Assembly: GCA_964534335.1 (NCBI GenBank) | Contig: CAZHPS010000001.1 | Coordinates: forward strand, 1 to 59,939 | DNA: 59,939 nt | Direction of reading: 5' to 3' | Origin: an uncultured Desulfobacterales bacterium | GTDB lineage: Bacteria; Desulfobacterota; Desulfobacteria; Desulfobacterales; Desulfococcaceae | Part shown: in pieces, positions 1-9,200 of the stretch | How positions within the stretch are numbered: position 1 is the first letter of the stretch | Layout of the letters: each line of letters opens with the position of its first letter | Notes under the pieces: generated by a model | What the model was told of the DNA's origin: nothing | The model's input: only the letters and a program-made list of their open reading frames with translations | The model's database searches: none | Made by a program: the position numbers and the translations under genes

Positions 1-53
1 TGTTTATAACATACAATACAACTTTGTTCAGGTTATTTTGTTACAAGCCCTAA

Positions 54-154
54 GGTGATTTCCAGAAAAGAATATCCCGGAAAAGCAGCATAAGCTTCCG
101 GCCTGTGCAATGTTCCTGTGAACTGAAATGGGATATTTATTTTCAGAAATCACC
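54..154 (+). mobile_element. MITE-like repeat, family R1 copy 1 (about 100 bp, about 25-bp imperfect terminal inverted repeats GGTGATTTCnnGAAAAnAATATCCC)
   Basis: The two ends are reverse complements of each other. The same element recurs at 15414..15521 (same orientation) and 15993..16084 (inverted). No credible ORF. Confidence 0.6.
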
Positions 155-162
155 TAAACAGC

Positions 163-225
163 CACGAATAACACGAATCTGCACGAATGCACAAACCATA
201 ATTCGTGTCATTCGTGCAATTCGCG
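163..225. repeat. Symmetric heptamer array: 3x CACGAAT (163, 172, 182) facing 3x ATTCG(T/C)G (201, 210, 219)
   Basis: Read directly. Heptamers are spaced 9-10 bp on each side of a 12-bp centre. GCACGAATG (181-189) is the exact complement of CATTCGTGC (209-217). Confidence 0.6.
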
Positions 226-260
226 ACTTTACCATCAAATCTTCTGAGTAATGGTATATA

Positions 261-387
261 ATACCAATTCACTATTGGTTTTATACAATCCGGAGGAGTG
301 CAAAAATTAAGCGGAGCGTTTTTTTGCAAACACACTCAGCAGCGGAAAAACTGACGGTATTGTATAAAACCAATGGCGAACCGGTAT
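261..387 (+). mobile_element. MITE-like repeat, family R3 copy 1 (TIR ATACCnATTCnCnnTTG; internal GTGCAAAAA-N14-TTTTTGCAC hairpin)
   Basis: Near-identical copies at 49131..49265 (same orientation) and 43575..43700 (inverted). Termini are reverse complements. Lies 25 bp upstream of the methyltransferase start. Confidence 0.6.
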
Positions 388-412
388 AAGTTATACATAG
401 GAAGAAAATCAA

Positions 413-1918
413 ATGAATCCGGTAACAGAGAATACCCTGTTTTACGGAGATAATTTAAAAATACTCCGTGAACATATCCCTGCGGAAAGTGCTGATCTGA
501 TTTATCTTGATCCGCCTTTCAACTCAAACCGGAATTATGATGTTATTTTCAAAGATGAAAGCAGAGAAAATTCTGAGACCCAGATAACCGCATTTGAGGA
601 CACATGGCACTGGGACAGAAAAGCACAGGAAACGTATCATGAACTGATTGCAAATGCTCCTGCGCATGTGGGAAAAATGATAAGTGCCTTAAGGGATTTT
701 ATCGGAGCCAATCAGGTCACGGCCTATCTGGTAATGATGACTGTCCGGTTAATTGAACTTCACAGAGTGTTAAAATCAGCAGGCAGCTTGTATCTTCATT
801 GCGATCCGACAATGAGTCATTATCTGAAGATTGTGCTGGATACCATTTTCGGAAAAGAAAATTTCAGAAATGAAATTGTATGGTGTTACAGAAAATGGAA
901 TGTGAGACAGTCCCAGTTTCCTTCCAACCATGATATTATTTTGTTTTACACAAAAACGCAGACAAATTTTTTTCATACCCTGTTTTTGCCAAAATCCCCC
1001 AAATCATCGGGAAAAGGAAAGAAAATTCAAAGTATTATCGGCGATGACGGGAAAAGAAAATCTGTTTATCTGGATACAGATTCAGAAGGGACTCCGGTTC
1101 CGGACTGGTGGGAAATTCCAATAATCAATCCTATGGCTAATGAAAGACTTGGCTATCCCACACAAAAACCGCTTGCCTTATTGGACAGAATCATTCAATC
1201 CAGCAGTAAGGAATACGACACGGTTCTTGATCCCTTCTGCGGGTGCGGGACTTCCATTCACGCTGCGGAGAAACTGAACAGAAAATGGATAGGAATTGAC
1301 ATCACGCATCTTTCCACTTCGCTTCTGAAATACAGACTCAAAGACGCGTTTGATCTCACAGAACGAAAAGATTATGATGTCATGGGAGAACCGGAGGATT
1401 TGGCCGGCGCACAAAGACTGGCACAGGAAAACCGGTATCAGTTTCAGTGGTGGGCATTGTCTCTGGTTCAGGCAAAACCGGTTGGCGGTGTCCAAAAGAA
1501 AGGAAAGGACAGAGGCATTGACGGGGTTATCACTTTTATTGATGACAGCAGCCAAAAGGCAAAACAGATCATTGTTCAGGTGAAAAGCGGCAAAACCGGG
1601 GCAAAGGACATCCGGGATTTAATCGGCACGGTGAACAATGAAAGAGCGCAGATGGGCATTTTCATCACGCTGAATGAACCGACAAAGGACATGAAAACAG
1701 CCGCAGCAGAAGCAGATTTCTATCATTCTTCAGGCTGGAACAAAGATTTTCCCGGAATACAGATCATGACCATAGAAGATCTTCTGAACGGAAAAACCCC
1801 GGATCTGCCTCCGGTCAAAAGGACATTTAAGCAGGCAAAAAGGGATGTAAGGGAACAGGACAGATGGAAACAGAATGGTATGGACAGTTTTGAAACAGAC
1901 GGAGGATATGTTCAATGA
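413..1918 (+). CDS. Beta-class N6-adenine/N4-cytosine DNA methyltransferase fused to a C-terminal Mrr-type PD-(D/E)xK restriction endonuclease domain
   Basis: Motif IV DPPF lies at aa 33-36 (nt 509-520), ahead of the AdoMet motif VLDPFCGCGTS, which is the beta permutation. The C-terminal 150 aa carry DRGIDGV...IIVQVKSGK...IRDL.G...GIFITL, the Mrr_cat pattern. Confidence 0.8.
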   Translation: MNPVTENTLFYGDNLKILREHIPAESADLIYLDPPFNSNRNYDVIFKDESRENSETQITAFEDTWHWDRKAQETYHELIANAPAHVGKMISALRDFIGANQVTAYLVMMTVRLIELHRVLKSAGSLYLHCDPTMSHYLKIVLDTIFGKENFRNEIVWCYRKWNVRQSQFPSNHDIILFYTKTQTNFFHTLFLPKSPKSSGKGKKIQSIIGDDGKRKSVYLDTDSEGTPVPDWWEIPIINPMANERLGYPTQKPLALLDRIIQSSSKEYDTVLDPFCGCGTSIHAAEKLNRKWIGIDITHLSTSLLKYRLKDAFDLTERKDYDVMGEPEDLAGAQRLAQENRYQFQWWALSLVQAKPVGGVQKKGKDRGIDGVITFIDDSSQKAKQIIVQVKSGKTGAKDIRDLIGTVNNERAQMGIFITLNEPTKDMKTAAAEADFYHSSGWNKDFPGIQIMTIEDLLNGKTPDLPPVKRTFKQAKRDVREQDRWKQNGMDSFETDGGYVQ

Positions 1919-4900
1919 AAATACAAAATATTCGTTTTCAGAATATCAGCACACTAAAAGGACAGTGGGAAATCGCTTTTGACCGATCTCCGTTTGCGGA
2001 GTCCGGAATTTTTGCCATCACCGGCCCCAACGGCGCAGGAAAAACCACAATTCTTGATTCGCTCACACTGGGACTTTACGGCGAAACCCCCCGTCTGAAG
2101 AATCCCGGAGAGGAAATCATGACACGGGACTGTGCTGAAACCTCCTCTGAAGTCACTTTTTCCGTCAATGATGCCATTTACCGTTCCCAATGGCAGATCC
2201 GCAGAAAAGGGGGAAAAACCAATCCGCCTGAAATGAAACTCTTTTCCCTTAACGGCCATGAAACGCTTATGGATGACAGGCCTGCGGCAGTCCGCAGCCG
2301 GATTGCGGAACTCACAGGGCTGGATTTCAAACGCTTCTGCCGCTCTGTCATGCTGGCACAGGGGGAATTTGCCGCTTTTCTCCATGCCCTTGATACAGAA
2401 CGATCTGAAATTCTCGGAAAGATTATCGGCCCTGAAGTCCGGTCTGAATATGTCCGGCAAACCCTGCTGAAAGCTGACAGCGAAAATGAGAAATTTCTGC
2501 GTATGAAAGAAGAGACAGAGAAGTTTCCCCTGCCTGATCCGGGTACGGTAAGGGAAAAACAGGAAAGTCTTGCCCTTGTTCTGGATCAGTTGGAAGAAAC
2601 AGAACATGAACTGTCCGTGCTGGAGCAGAAAAAAGAGAGTTTTGAAACACGGGAACGTCTGCAAAAGGAGTATGAAAATGCCAGCCTGTCTCTGGCAGCA
2701 GCCACAGCGCGTCAGGAAGAAATGCAGGAACAGTTCCGGAAACTGGTCAAAGCCATAAAAGCCGTTCCCCTTCAGGCAGATATGGAAAGTCTTATTTCTC
2801 TGGAGACAGCAGAAGGTGCGGCAGGGAAAATGCTGGAAGAACAGATCTCCGGAATTCCGCTTACTGAGGATCAGCTTATGTCCCTGAATGAAAGGGAAAA
2901 GCAGCATCAGGCAGAACTGGAGCAGGTTCGCGGGATGTGGAATGAACAGAAGGAATTCATTGAAAAAGCACTGGAAATCACGCGGGAGATGGAATCAGCC
3001 ACATATGATTTCAGGAAAAAAGTGGAACGGTATGAAGCTTTGGAAAAAGAGCAGAACCTGAATCTGCAGGAACAGAATGAACTGAAAAACCGGATTGCGG
3101 AAAATGAAACCGCAGAGAAAGAAATCGGAAAGTGGCTCGCTGACAGGGCAGCAGATCGGGAACTGGAAACAGAGATTCCGCTTATCCGGGAGGCTGTGGA
3201 AAATCTGGGACGTATCCGTTCGGAACTGGCTGAAGCAGGAAAACAGCATTCAGAAGCCCTGAAAGCCGAAGAAAAAGCAGCGAAAATTTTCGGAAAAGCT
3301 GAGCGTGTGATTACAGTCATCCGGGAAAAGCGGGAAAAAATCAGTCTCAGGGGCATGGAAAGAGAAAACACTGTCCGGGAACTGCTGGGCAGTGATTCCC
3401 TGGAAGATATTGAAAACCGGTATAAAACGCAGAAAGAAAAACTGTGCGCCGCAAAAAAACTCCTGTCCATCAGCAAAGATTATGTCAAACAACTGGCAGC
3501 AAACGGCGGAAGACGGCAGAAACTGGAAGAGGAACTGAGTGCGGCAGAATCCCAATATGCTGATTTGTCACAGCAGCTCCTGCAGGAAGAGAATATTTAT
3601 ATTACGCTGAATCATGCCAATGCTGCCCTGAAATATGAATCAGAACGGGCTTTGCTGAAAACAGGGGAGCCATGTCCTATGTGCGGTTCCCCGGATCATC
3701 CCTTTGTCACGCACGGACTTCCTTATGAGGGTGATCCCCGTAAAGCACTCAAAGATCAGGAAGAGCGGATAAATACTATCCGGAAACAGATGGACAGACT
3801 TTCAGATGAGATCGAAAATCTGCGGAAACAGAGCAGGAAAACCGAAATCCTGCGGGAGGAATGGGACAGACTGTTCAGAAATATTGGTCAGGACTGGGTG
3901 ATTGAAGATGTGAAAACCGTCAAAAATGGCTTCCGGGAACTGAAAAAAGAAACCCGCAAACAGAAAATCCATTTCAAGGCTGTGTACAAACATGGAAAAA
4001 AGGCAGAGAAATATCAAAGGGCTGTTCAGAAAAAAACTGACAAACTCAATGAAAAACAGATGGTGGCAGAGAGACTGCGGAATGATCTGAATATTCAGCA
4101 GGGTATCACAGCAACTCTGGCCAGGGCGGCAGAGGAGATTCAGAACCGGGAACATGCACAGATTCAGAATCTGCAGGAGAAAGTGAAAAAATACGGTTAT
4201 GAAATTCCAGCACCCGGAAAAGAGAATATTCTGCTGCCGGATATGGAAAAAAAGCGGGATGTATTTCTGGAAAAGGTTCAGACGCAGGCCGGTCTGAAAA
4301 ACATAGCGGAAGAATTGTCCCAAAAAGCCCGGATTCTGCCGGAATCCCTGAAAATGCTGAAAAAAGAGGCAGATGATCTGGAAGAAAAGATCAGAACCGC
4401 GCAGGAAAAACTCACAGAACTGGAAATCCGGAGGAAAGAGGTCTTTGATTCCGGTGACCCGGTGCAGGTGAAACAGGAACTCGAAGACGCTATCCGTGCA
4501 AAAACAGAAGAACTGGCTGAAATTATTCAGGAGAAGGAAAATGCAGATCAGAAACTGGCTGATATGCGGCAAAAGAAGGAACTGGCTGAATCTGAATATA
4601 AGCGTTTGCAGAGAGAGAAGAAAAATCTGGAGCATGGCCTGAGTGCCAAATCTCTGGCAGCGGGGTTCAGCAGCATTGAGGAAGTAAGGGAAAATCTGAT
4701 GCCTGCTGAAGAGCAGGATCGCATTGCAGCACTGCAGAAAGAGATGGAACAGGCCGTTGCTGAAAACAGGGCCGGAGTTGACAGTATCCGGGAAATGCTC
4801 GCTGCTGAATCCGCGTATCAGGAACAGACTGAATCTCCTGATATTGTCCATGAGAAAATCCGTGAAACCCGGAAAATACGGGACAGACTGGCCGGAGAAT

Positions 4901-5499
4901 CTGAAATTTCTGAAAAAACAGTGAAAAAGCATGAATCCCTTGAACAGGAATATACGCAGATGATAAAAAATCTGGAAGAGCAGGAAAAACGCTGTCACCG
5001 GCTCAATTCCCTGAAAAGTCTTATGGAATCCGGTGATGAACCGGAAATCCGTAAGCAGATTCAGCATTTCATGCTTAACCGGCTGCTGGAGAAAAGCAAC
5101 CGGCATATGGAGGAACTGAGCGGGCATTATTATATCCGGCGCCGGGATCCTTCAGGTATGAGTCTTGAAATTGAGGATATACGGCATAAGGGAATGCGCA
5201 GATCCGTGAAAACACTTTCCGGAGGAGAAAGTTTTCTGGCAAGTCTGTCGCTGGCTCTGGGGCTTTCGGAAATGGCGTGCAGTGACCGGAAGATTGAATC
5301 TCTTTTTCTGGATGAGGGTTTTGGTATGCTGGATGATGAAACTTTGTACAGGGTCATATCTGCTTTGAAGAATATCAAAGCCAACGGAAAAATGGTGGGT
5401 GTGATTTCCCATGTAAAAAGGCTGGAGGATGAAATTCGGACACAGATCAAAATAGAAAGACTTTCAGATGGGCTTAGTCAGATTGAAATTATGGCATAA
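1915..5499 (+). CDS. sbcC: SbcC/Rad50-family SMC-like ATPase with zinc hook
   Basis: Walker A GPNGAGKTT (nt 2023-2049), a very long Glu/Lys-rich coiled coil and a CPMCGSPDHP hook (nt 3673) that resembles the E. coli SbcC hook. Signature LSGGESFL and Walker B LFLDEGFGMLD are present. The ATG overlaps the methyltransferase stop as ATGA (1915-1918). Confidence 0.85.
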   Translation: MKIQNIRFQNISTLKGQWEIAFDRSPFAESGIFAITGPNGAGKTTILDSLTLGLYGETPRLKNPGEEIMTRDCAETSSEVTFSVNDAIYRSQWQIRRKGGKTNPPEMKLFSLNGHETLMDDRPAAVRSRIAELTGLDFKRFCRSVMLAQGEFAAFLHALDTERSEILGKIIGPEVRSEYVRQTLLKADSENEKFLRMKEETEKFPLPDPGTVREKQESLALVLDQLEETEHELSVLEQKKESFETRERLQKEYENASLSLAAATARQEEMQEQFRKLVKAIKAVPLQADMESLISLETAEGAAGKMLEEQISGIPLTEDQLMSLNEREKQHQAELEQVRGMWNEQKEFIEKALEITREMESATYDFRKKVERYEALEKEQNLNLQEQNELKNRIAENETAEKEIGKWLADRAADRELETEIPLIREAVENLGRIRSELAEAGKQHSEALKAEEKAAKIFGKAERVITVIREKREKISLRGMERENTVRELLGSDSLEDIENRYKTQKEKLCAAKKLLSISKDYVKQLAANGGRRQKLEEELSAAESQYADLSQQLLQEENIYITLNHANAALKYESERALLKTGEPCPMCGSPDHPFVTHGLPYEGDPRKALKDQEERINTIRKQMDRLSDEIENLRKQSRKTEILREEWDRLFRNIGQDWVIEDVKTVKNGFRELKKETRKQKIHFKAVYKHGKKAEKYQRAVQKKTDKLNEKQMVAERLRNDLNIQQGITATLARAAEEIQNREHAQIQNLQEKVKKYGYEIPAPGKENILLPDMEKKRDVFLEKVQTQAGLKNIAEELSQKARILPESLKMLKKEADDLEEKIRTAQEKLTELEIRRKEVFDSGDPVQVKQELEDAIRAKTEELAEIIQEKENADQKLADMRQKKELAESEYKRLQREKKNLEHGLSAKSLAAGFSSIEEVRENLMPAEEQDRIAALQKEMEQAVAENRAGVDSIREMLAAESAYQEQTESPDIVHEKIRETRKIRDRLAGESEISEKTVKKHESLEQEYTQMIKNLEEQEKRCHRLNSLKSLMESGDEPEIRKQIQHFMLNRLLEKSNRHMEELSGHYYIRRRDPSGMSLEIEDIRHKGMRRSVKTLSGGESFLASLSLALGLSEMACSDRKIESLFLDEGFGMLDDETLYRVISALKNIKANGKMVGVISHVKRLEDEIRTQIKIERLSDGLSQIEIMA

Positions 5500-5517
5500 G
5501 ACTGATTGCAGATCATA

Positions 5518-5619
5518 TTTTTGGAGCCTCATCTCCAAAATTTGGAGTTTTCTGCATACAGAAAAAACAAACATTCTGTTTACTCCAAAATTTGCAGGAA
5601 ACTTTTAACATAATGATTA
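5518..5619 (+). repeat. About 103-bp dispersed direct repeat, copy 1 (TTGGAGCCnCATCTCCAAAATTTGGAGTTTTCTGCATACAG...TAATGATTA)
   Basis: Second copy at 10747..10849 in the same orientation with a handful of mismatches. The two copies bracket the C10 peptidase gene. Confidence 0.7.
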
Positions 5620-5759
5620 GGTAGTGGGTCAAACCGGTTGATCTGATGCCAGCACCGGGACGGAAAAAATTCGCAAGGATTGATATTATTACAGAAAAAA
5701 TCTGAAAAAACAAATCAGAATTCCGGAAGGGATGACATTATCAACTGGTTTGACCCACC
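5620..5759. mobile_element. 140-bp MITE-like element with about 22-bp TIR GGTAGTGGGTCAAACCnGTTGAT
   Basis: The left end GGTAGTGGGTCAAACCGGTTGAT and right end ATCAACTGGTTTGACCCACC are reverse complements. The terminal GGTAGTGGGTC is shared with the 5864, 26091 and 59370 elements. Confidence 0.6.
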
Positions 5760-5777
5760 AAAAAATTCTTGTAGCAT

Positions 5778-5793
5778 TGGCACCATATTTGCA
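5778..5793 (+). promoter_or_regulatory. sigma54-type -24/-12 promoter motif TGGCACcatatTTGCA
   Basis: Matches TGGCAC-N5-TTGC exactly and points toward the C10 peptidase gene. The flanking sequence is homologous to the tandem promoter units at 10998..11364. Confidence 0.45.
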
Positions 5794-5863
5794 TGTAAAA
5801 CCGCAGGGATTTTATATAAGAAGGGGTTTCAAAGAATCAGCAATCCCTGCTTATAAAAAATTC

Positions 5864-6098
5864 GGTAGAGGGTCTACACGAACTGATTAAAATTTAACTG
5901 CTTTATATTATTATGTTTTTATAGAATACAGATTTTTATCTATACATAATAAATACAAATAGTTATATGATACTCCATGATACTTTTCATACTGATTTTT
6001 TGTAATATTAATATATTGATTTATAAATTAAAAAAATCAGTAAAAACATAATAATATAAAGCAGTTAAATTTTAATCAGTTCGTGTAGACCCACTACC
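5864..6098. mobile_element. 235-bp AT-rich palindromic MITE (family A copy 1), about 58-bp near-perfect inverted arms starting GGTAGnGGGTCTACACGAACTGATTAAAATTTAAC
   Basis: The arms at 5864-5922 and 6040-6098 are reverse complements with 1-2 mismatches. Related copies at 26091..26285 and 59370..59722. It interrupts the right arm of a hairpin-family unit. Confidence 0.7.
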
Positions 6099-6250
6099 AA
6101 TTTCTGTAGCAGAATCCGGGAATATCTGATTCTTATGTTGTAAATTATCACAGATGGACAACCATTCTGGATTATCCAGTCATTTAATTCCGGATTTTAT
6201 CCTAATAATTTTAATGAGGTATTTTTTAATGGAGTAATGGAGGAAGACAT

Positions 6251-9200
6251 ATGAAAAGGGCAAAGTTAATAATATCTATTTTTTTTATATGGTTAATTTG
6301 CATGGTTAATATGTTGGCAGCTCAAACAACGACCAAAGAACAGGCTGAAACTATTGCAGCCAATCTGCTGACTCTTGACAGCACCCCTTTATCTGCCACA
6401 CTGAGCACTGCAATCGAAAAAACGGAAACATTTTACGATGCAGATGGCATAAATCCCATTTATTATGTCATTTCTTTATCACCCGCCGGATATATAATCA
6501 TTTCGGCAGATGATTTGATTGAGCCTGTCATCGCATTCAGTAGCACAGGAGTATTCGATCTTTCTGCAGAAAATCCGATTATCTCTCTTCTTTTAAATGA
6601 TTTATCTTCAAGAATATCTGAACAGATCGAATTGAATCTTGATAAAAGACTTACCGGAAGAGGGCGTATAACGCCTTCATCACAAAAAGCAAATGAAAAA
6701 TGGACATTCCTGTTAAATTACGATGCATCATTGGATTATGGATTATCCACCATCAATGATCCAAGAGTAACACCTTTGATTCAAAGCAGATGGAGCCAGG
6801 GAACAGTTTCTGGCAATTATTGCTATAATTATTACACACCAAATCATTATCCATGCGGTTGTGTTGCAACTGCCATGTCACAAATTATGCGTTTTTTTAA
6901 TCATCCAAATACCGGAGTCGGCACCCCGTCTTTTAACATTTATGTTGATGGGGTCTCACAGAGCAGGAAGCTGAGAGGTGGCAATGGAAGCGGAGGTGTA
7001 TATAACTGGACCAGTATGCCATTAGTTCCGACTTCGACATCAACAGCCACACAGTTACAGGCAATAGGCACTCTTACCCATGATGCTGGGGTTTCTGTAA
7101 ATATGTCATATACGGACAGCGGTTCGGGAACAGATACGCGTAAAGCGGCGGATGCGTTTGTGAATACCTTTGATTACAGCAATGCCATTAAAGGATATAA
7201 TAACGGCAATACCATTGTATCGTCCGATTTGAATAAAATGATCAATTCAAATTTAAATGCAGGCATACCCGTTATGTTAGGAATTACTGGCACCGCCGGA
7301 GGACATGCCATTGTTGCGGATGGCTATGGGTACCATTTATCTTCTCTATATCATCATTTAAATATGGGGTGGTCCGGCAGTGATGATGCATGGTATAATC
7401 TGCCAAACATTGACAGTAATCCGAGCTTTACAAGTGTTTATAAATGCGTATATAATATATATAATAGTGGAACAGGAGAAATCATCAGCGGCAGAGTGAC
7501 GGATGTAAACGGCAATCCCCTTCAGGGGGCTTCGGTTTTTGCGACTCGCAGCGGTGGCGGCACTTATTCGGATGTCAGCGATGCCAATGGGCTGTATGCC
7601 TTTCCCCGTATTTCTTCGGATTCATCTTATACGATCAGTGCCACAAAGAGCGGTTATACTTTTACATCACAAAATGTTTCCATTCAAAAATCTGTCAATA
7701 ATACATCCGTAACCAATCTCTGGGAAGTCAATTTTGCAGCCGGTGGCATAACAGATGATGCATATGAAAATAATGATACGTTGGCAACGGCTTATGATCT
7801 AAGCACAAAAGAAATAATATGGCTATCTAATATCAATGGGTTAGGCATTCAGGCAGACTCGGACTGGTATAAAATATCCGTAACAGCCGGATATGAACGG
7901 GTACTGATTGATTGCCGGTTTGCGCACTCCTCCGGTGATATTGATATACAATTATACAATGCATCCGGCAGCCTTCTTACTTCATCAAGAAGCCTGAATA
8001 ACAATGAATTTATTGACTACAAGGTTTCTTCTTCAGGAATATACTATATCAGGGTGTTCTATGGCAACGCGGGTAATACATATGATTTGTGGTGGGATGA
8101 CCTACAACCGCCTGTCGCAGATGATAATTATGAAGAAAATGATACAATGGCAACGGCTTATGATCTCAGCAACAGTGAAACTGTATGGCTTTCCAGCATC
8201 AACGGATATGGAATTCAGGGGGACGACGACTGGTATAAAATATATATAACAACTGGATATGAAAGACTATTACTTAACTGCAACTTTACCCATACTGATG
8301 GAAACATTGATATTGCTGTATATAATTCGGCAGGAACGCTGATCAGGTCATCCACAACATTAACCGATAATGAAACAATTGATTTTCTGCTTCCTGCCAG
8401 TGGAACTTATTATATCAGGGTTTACAATGGAAATGCACGCAATACTTATAATCTTCAGTGGGATGATCTCATTGCTTCAAGCGCTGACGATACATATGAA
8501 CAAAATGATTTTATTGATGAAAGTTATGATTTTAGCAATCGTGAAAATACATGGCTCCATACCATCGACGGATATGGCATTCAATCAGATGATGATTGGT
8601 TTAAAATTGATGTCACATCCGGATTCCAACGTGTGCTGGTAGATTGTCGTTTTTTCCATGCTGACGGAGATATTGATATCACTTTGTATGATGCATCAGG
8701 AAACTACCTGACATCATCAAACAGCATCACTGATGATGAGTTTATTGATTATACGGTTTCCGGAGCAGGAACATATTATATTAAAGTATATTATGATGAC
8801 GCCGGTAACACGTATGATCTTTGGTGGGATGATATTTCACCTACTTCGGGGGATGATGCCTATGAACCCAATGACACATATTCATCGGCCTGGACTAATG
8901 GAACAAACTGGGAACAGAAATGGCTTCACCGGGTGAACGGATGGGCAATCCAATGGGACAACGACTGGTATAAAATTGATGTTACCAGCGGATATGAAAG
9001 GCTTTTCATTGAATGTCTTTTTTCAGACACGGATGGCGATATTGATATTGCATTGTATGATTCGTATGGCAACATTCTCACTTCTTCAAGAGGAATTGAG
9101 GATGAAGAATTTATTGATTATACGGTCTCTTCTTCCGGCTCATATTATATTAAGGTTTATTATGACAACGCAGGCAATACATATGATCTTTGGTGGGATG

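Noticed and set aside
1954-5450. Several long minus-strand ORFs inside sbcC (1954..2907, 2907..3476, 3802..5127, 5130..5450)
   Set aside because: They are Phe/Ser/Leu-rich antisense shadows of the Glu/Lys coiled-coil coding sequence. The plus-strand ORF carries complete SbcC motifs from Walker A to Walker B.
5513-5713. 66-aa ORF, and the 130-aa ORF at 10569..10961, lying over the 103-bp direct repeats and MITEs
   Set aside because: They overlap non-coding repeat families whose copies differ by indels that would break the frame. Neither has an SD.
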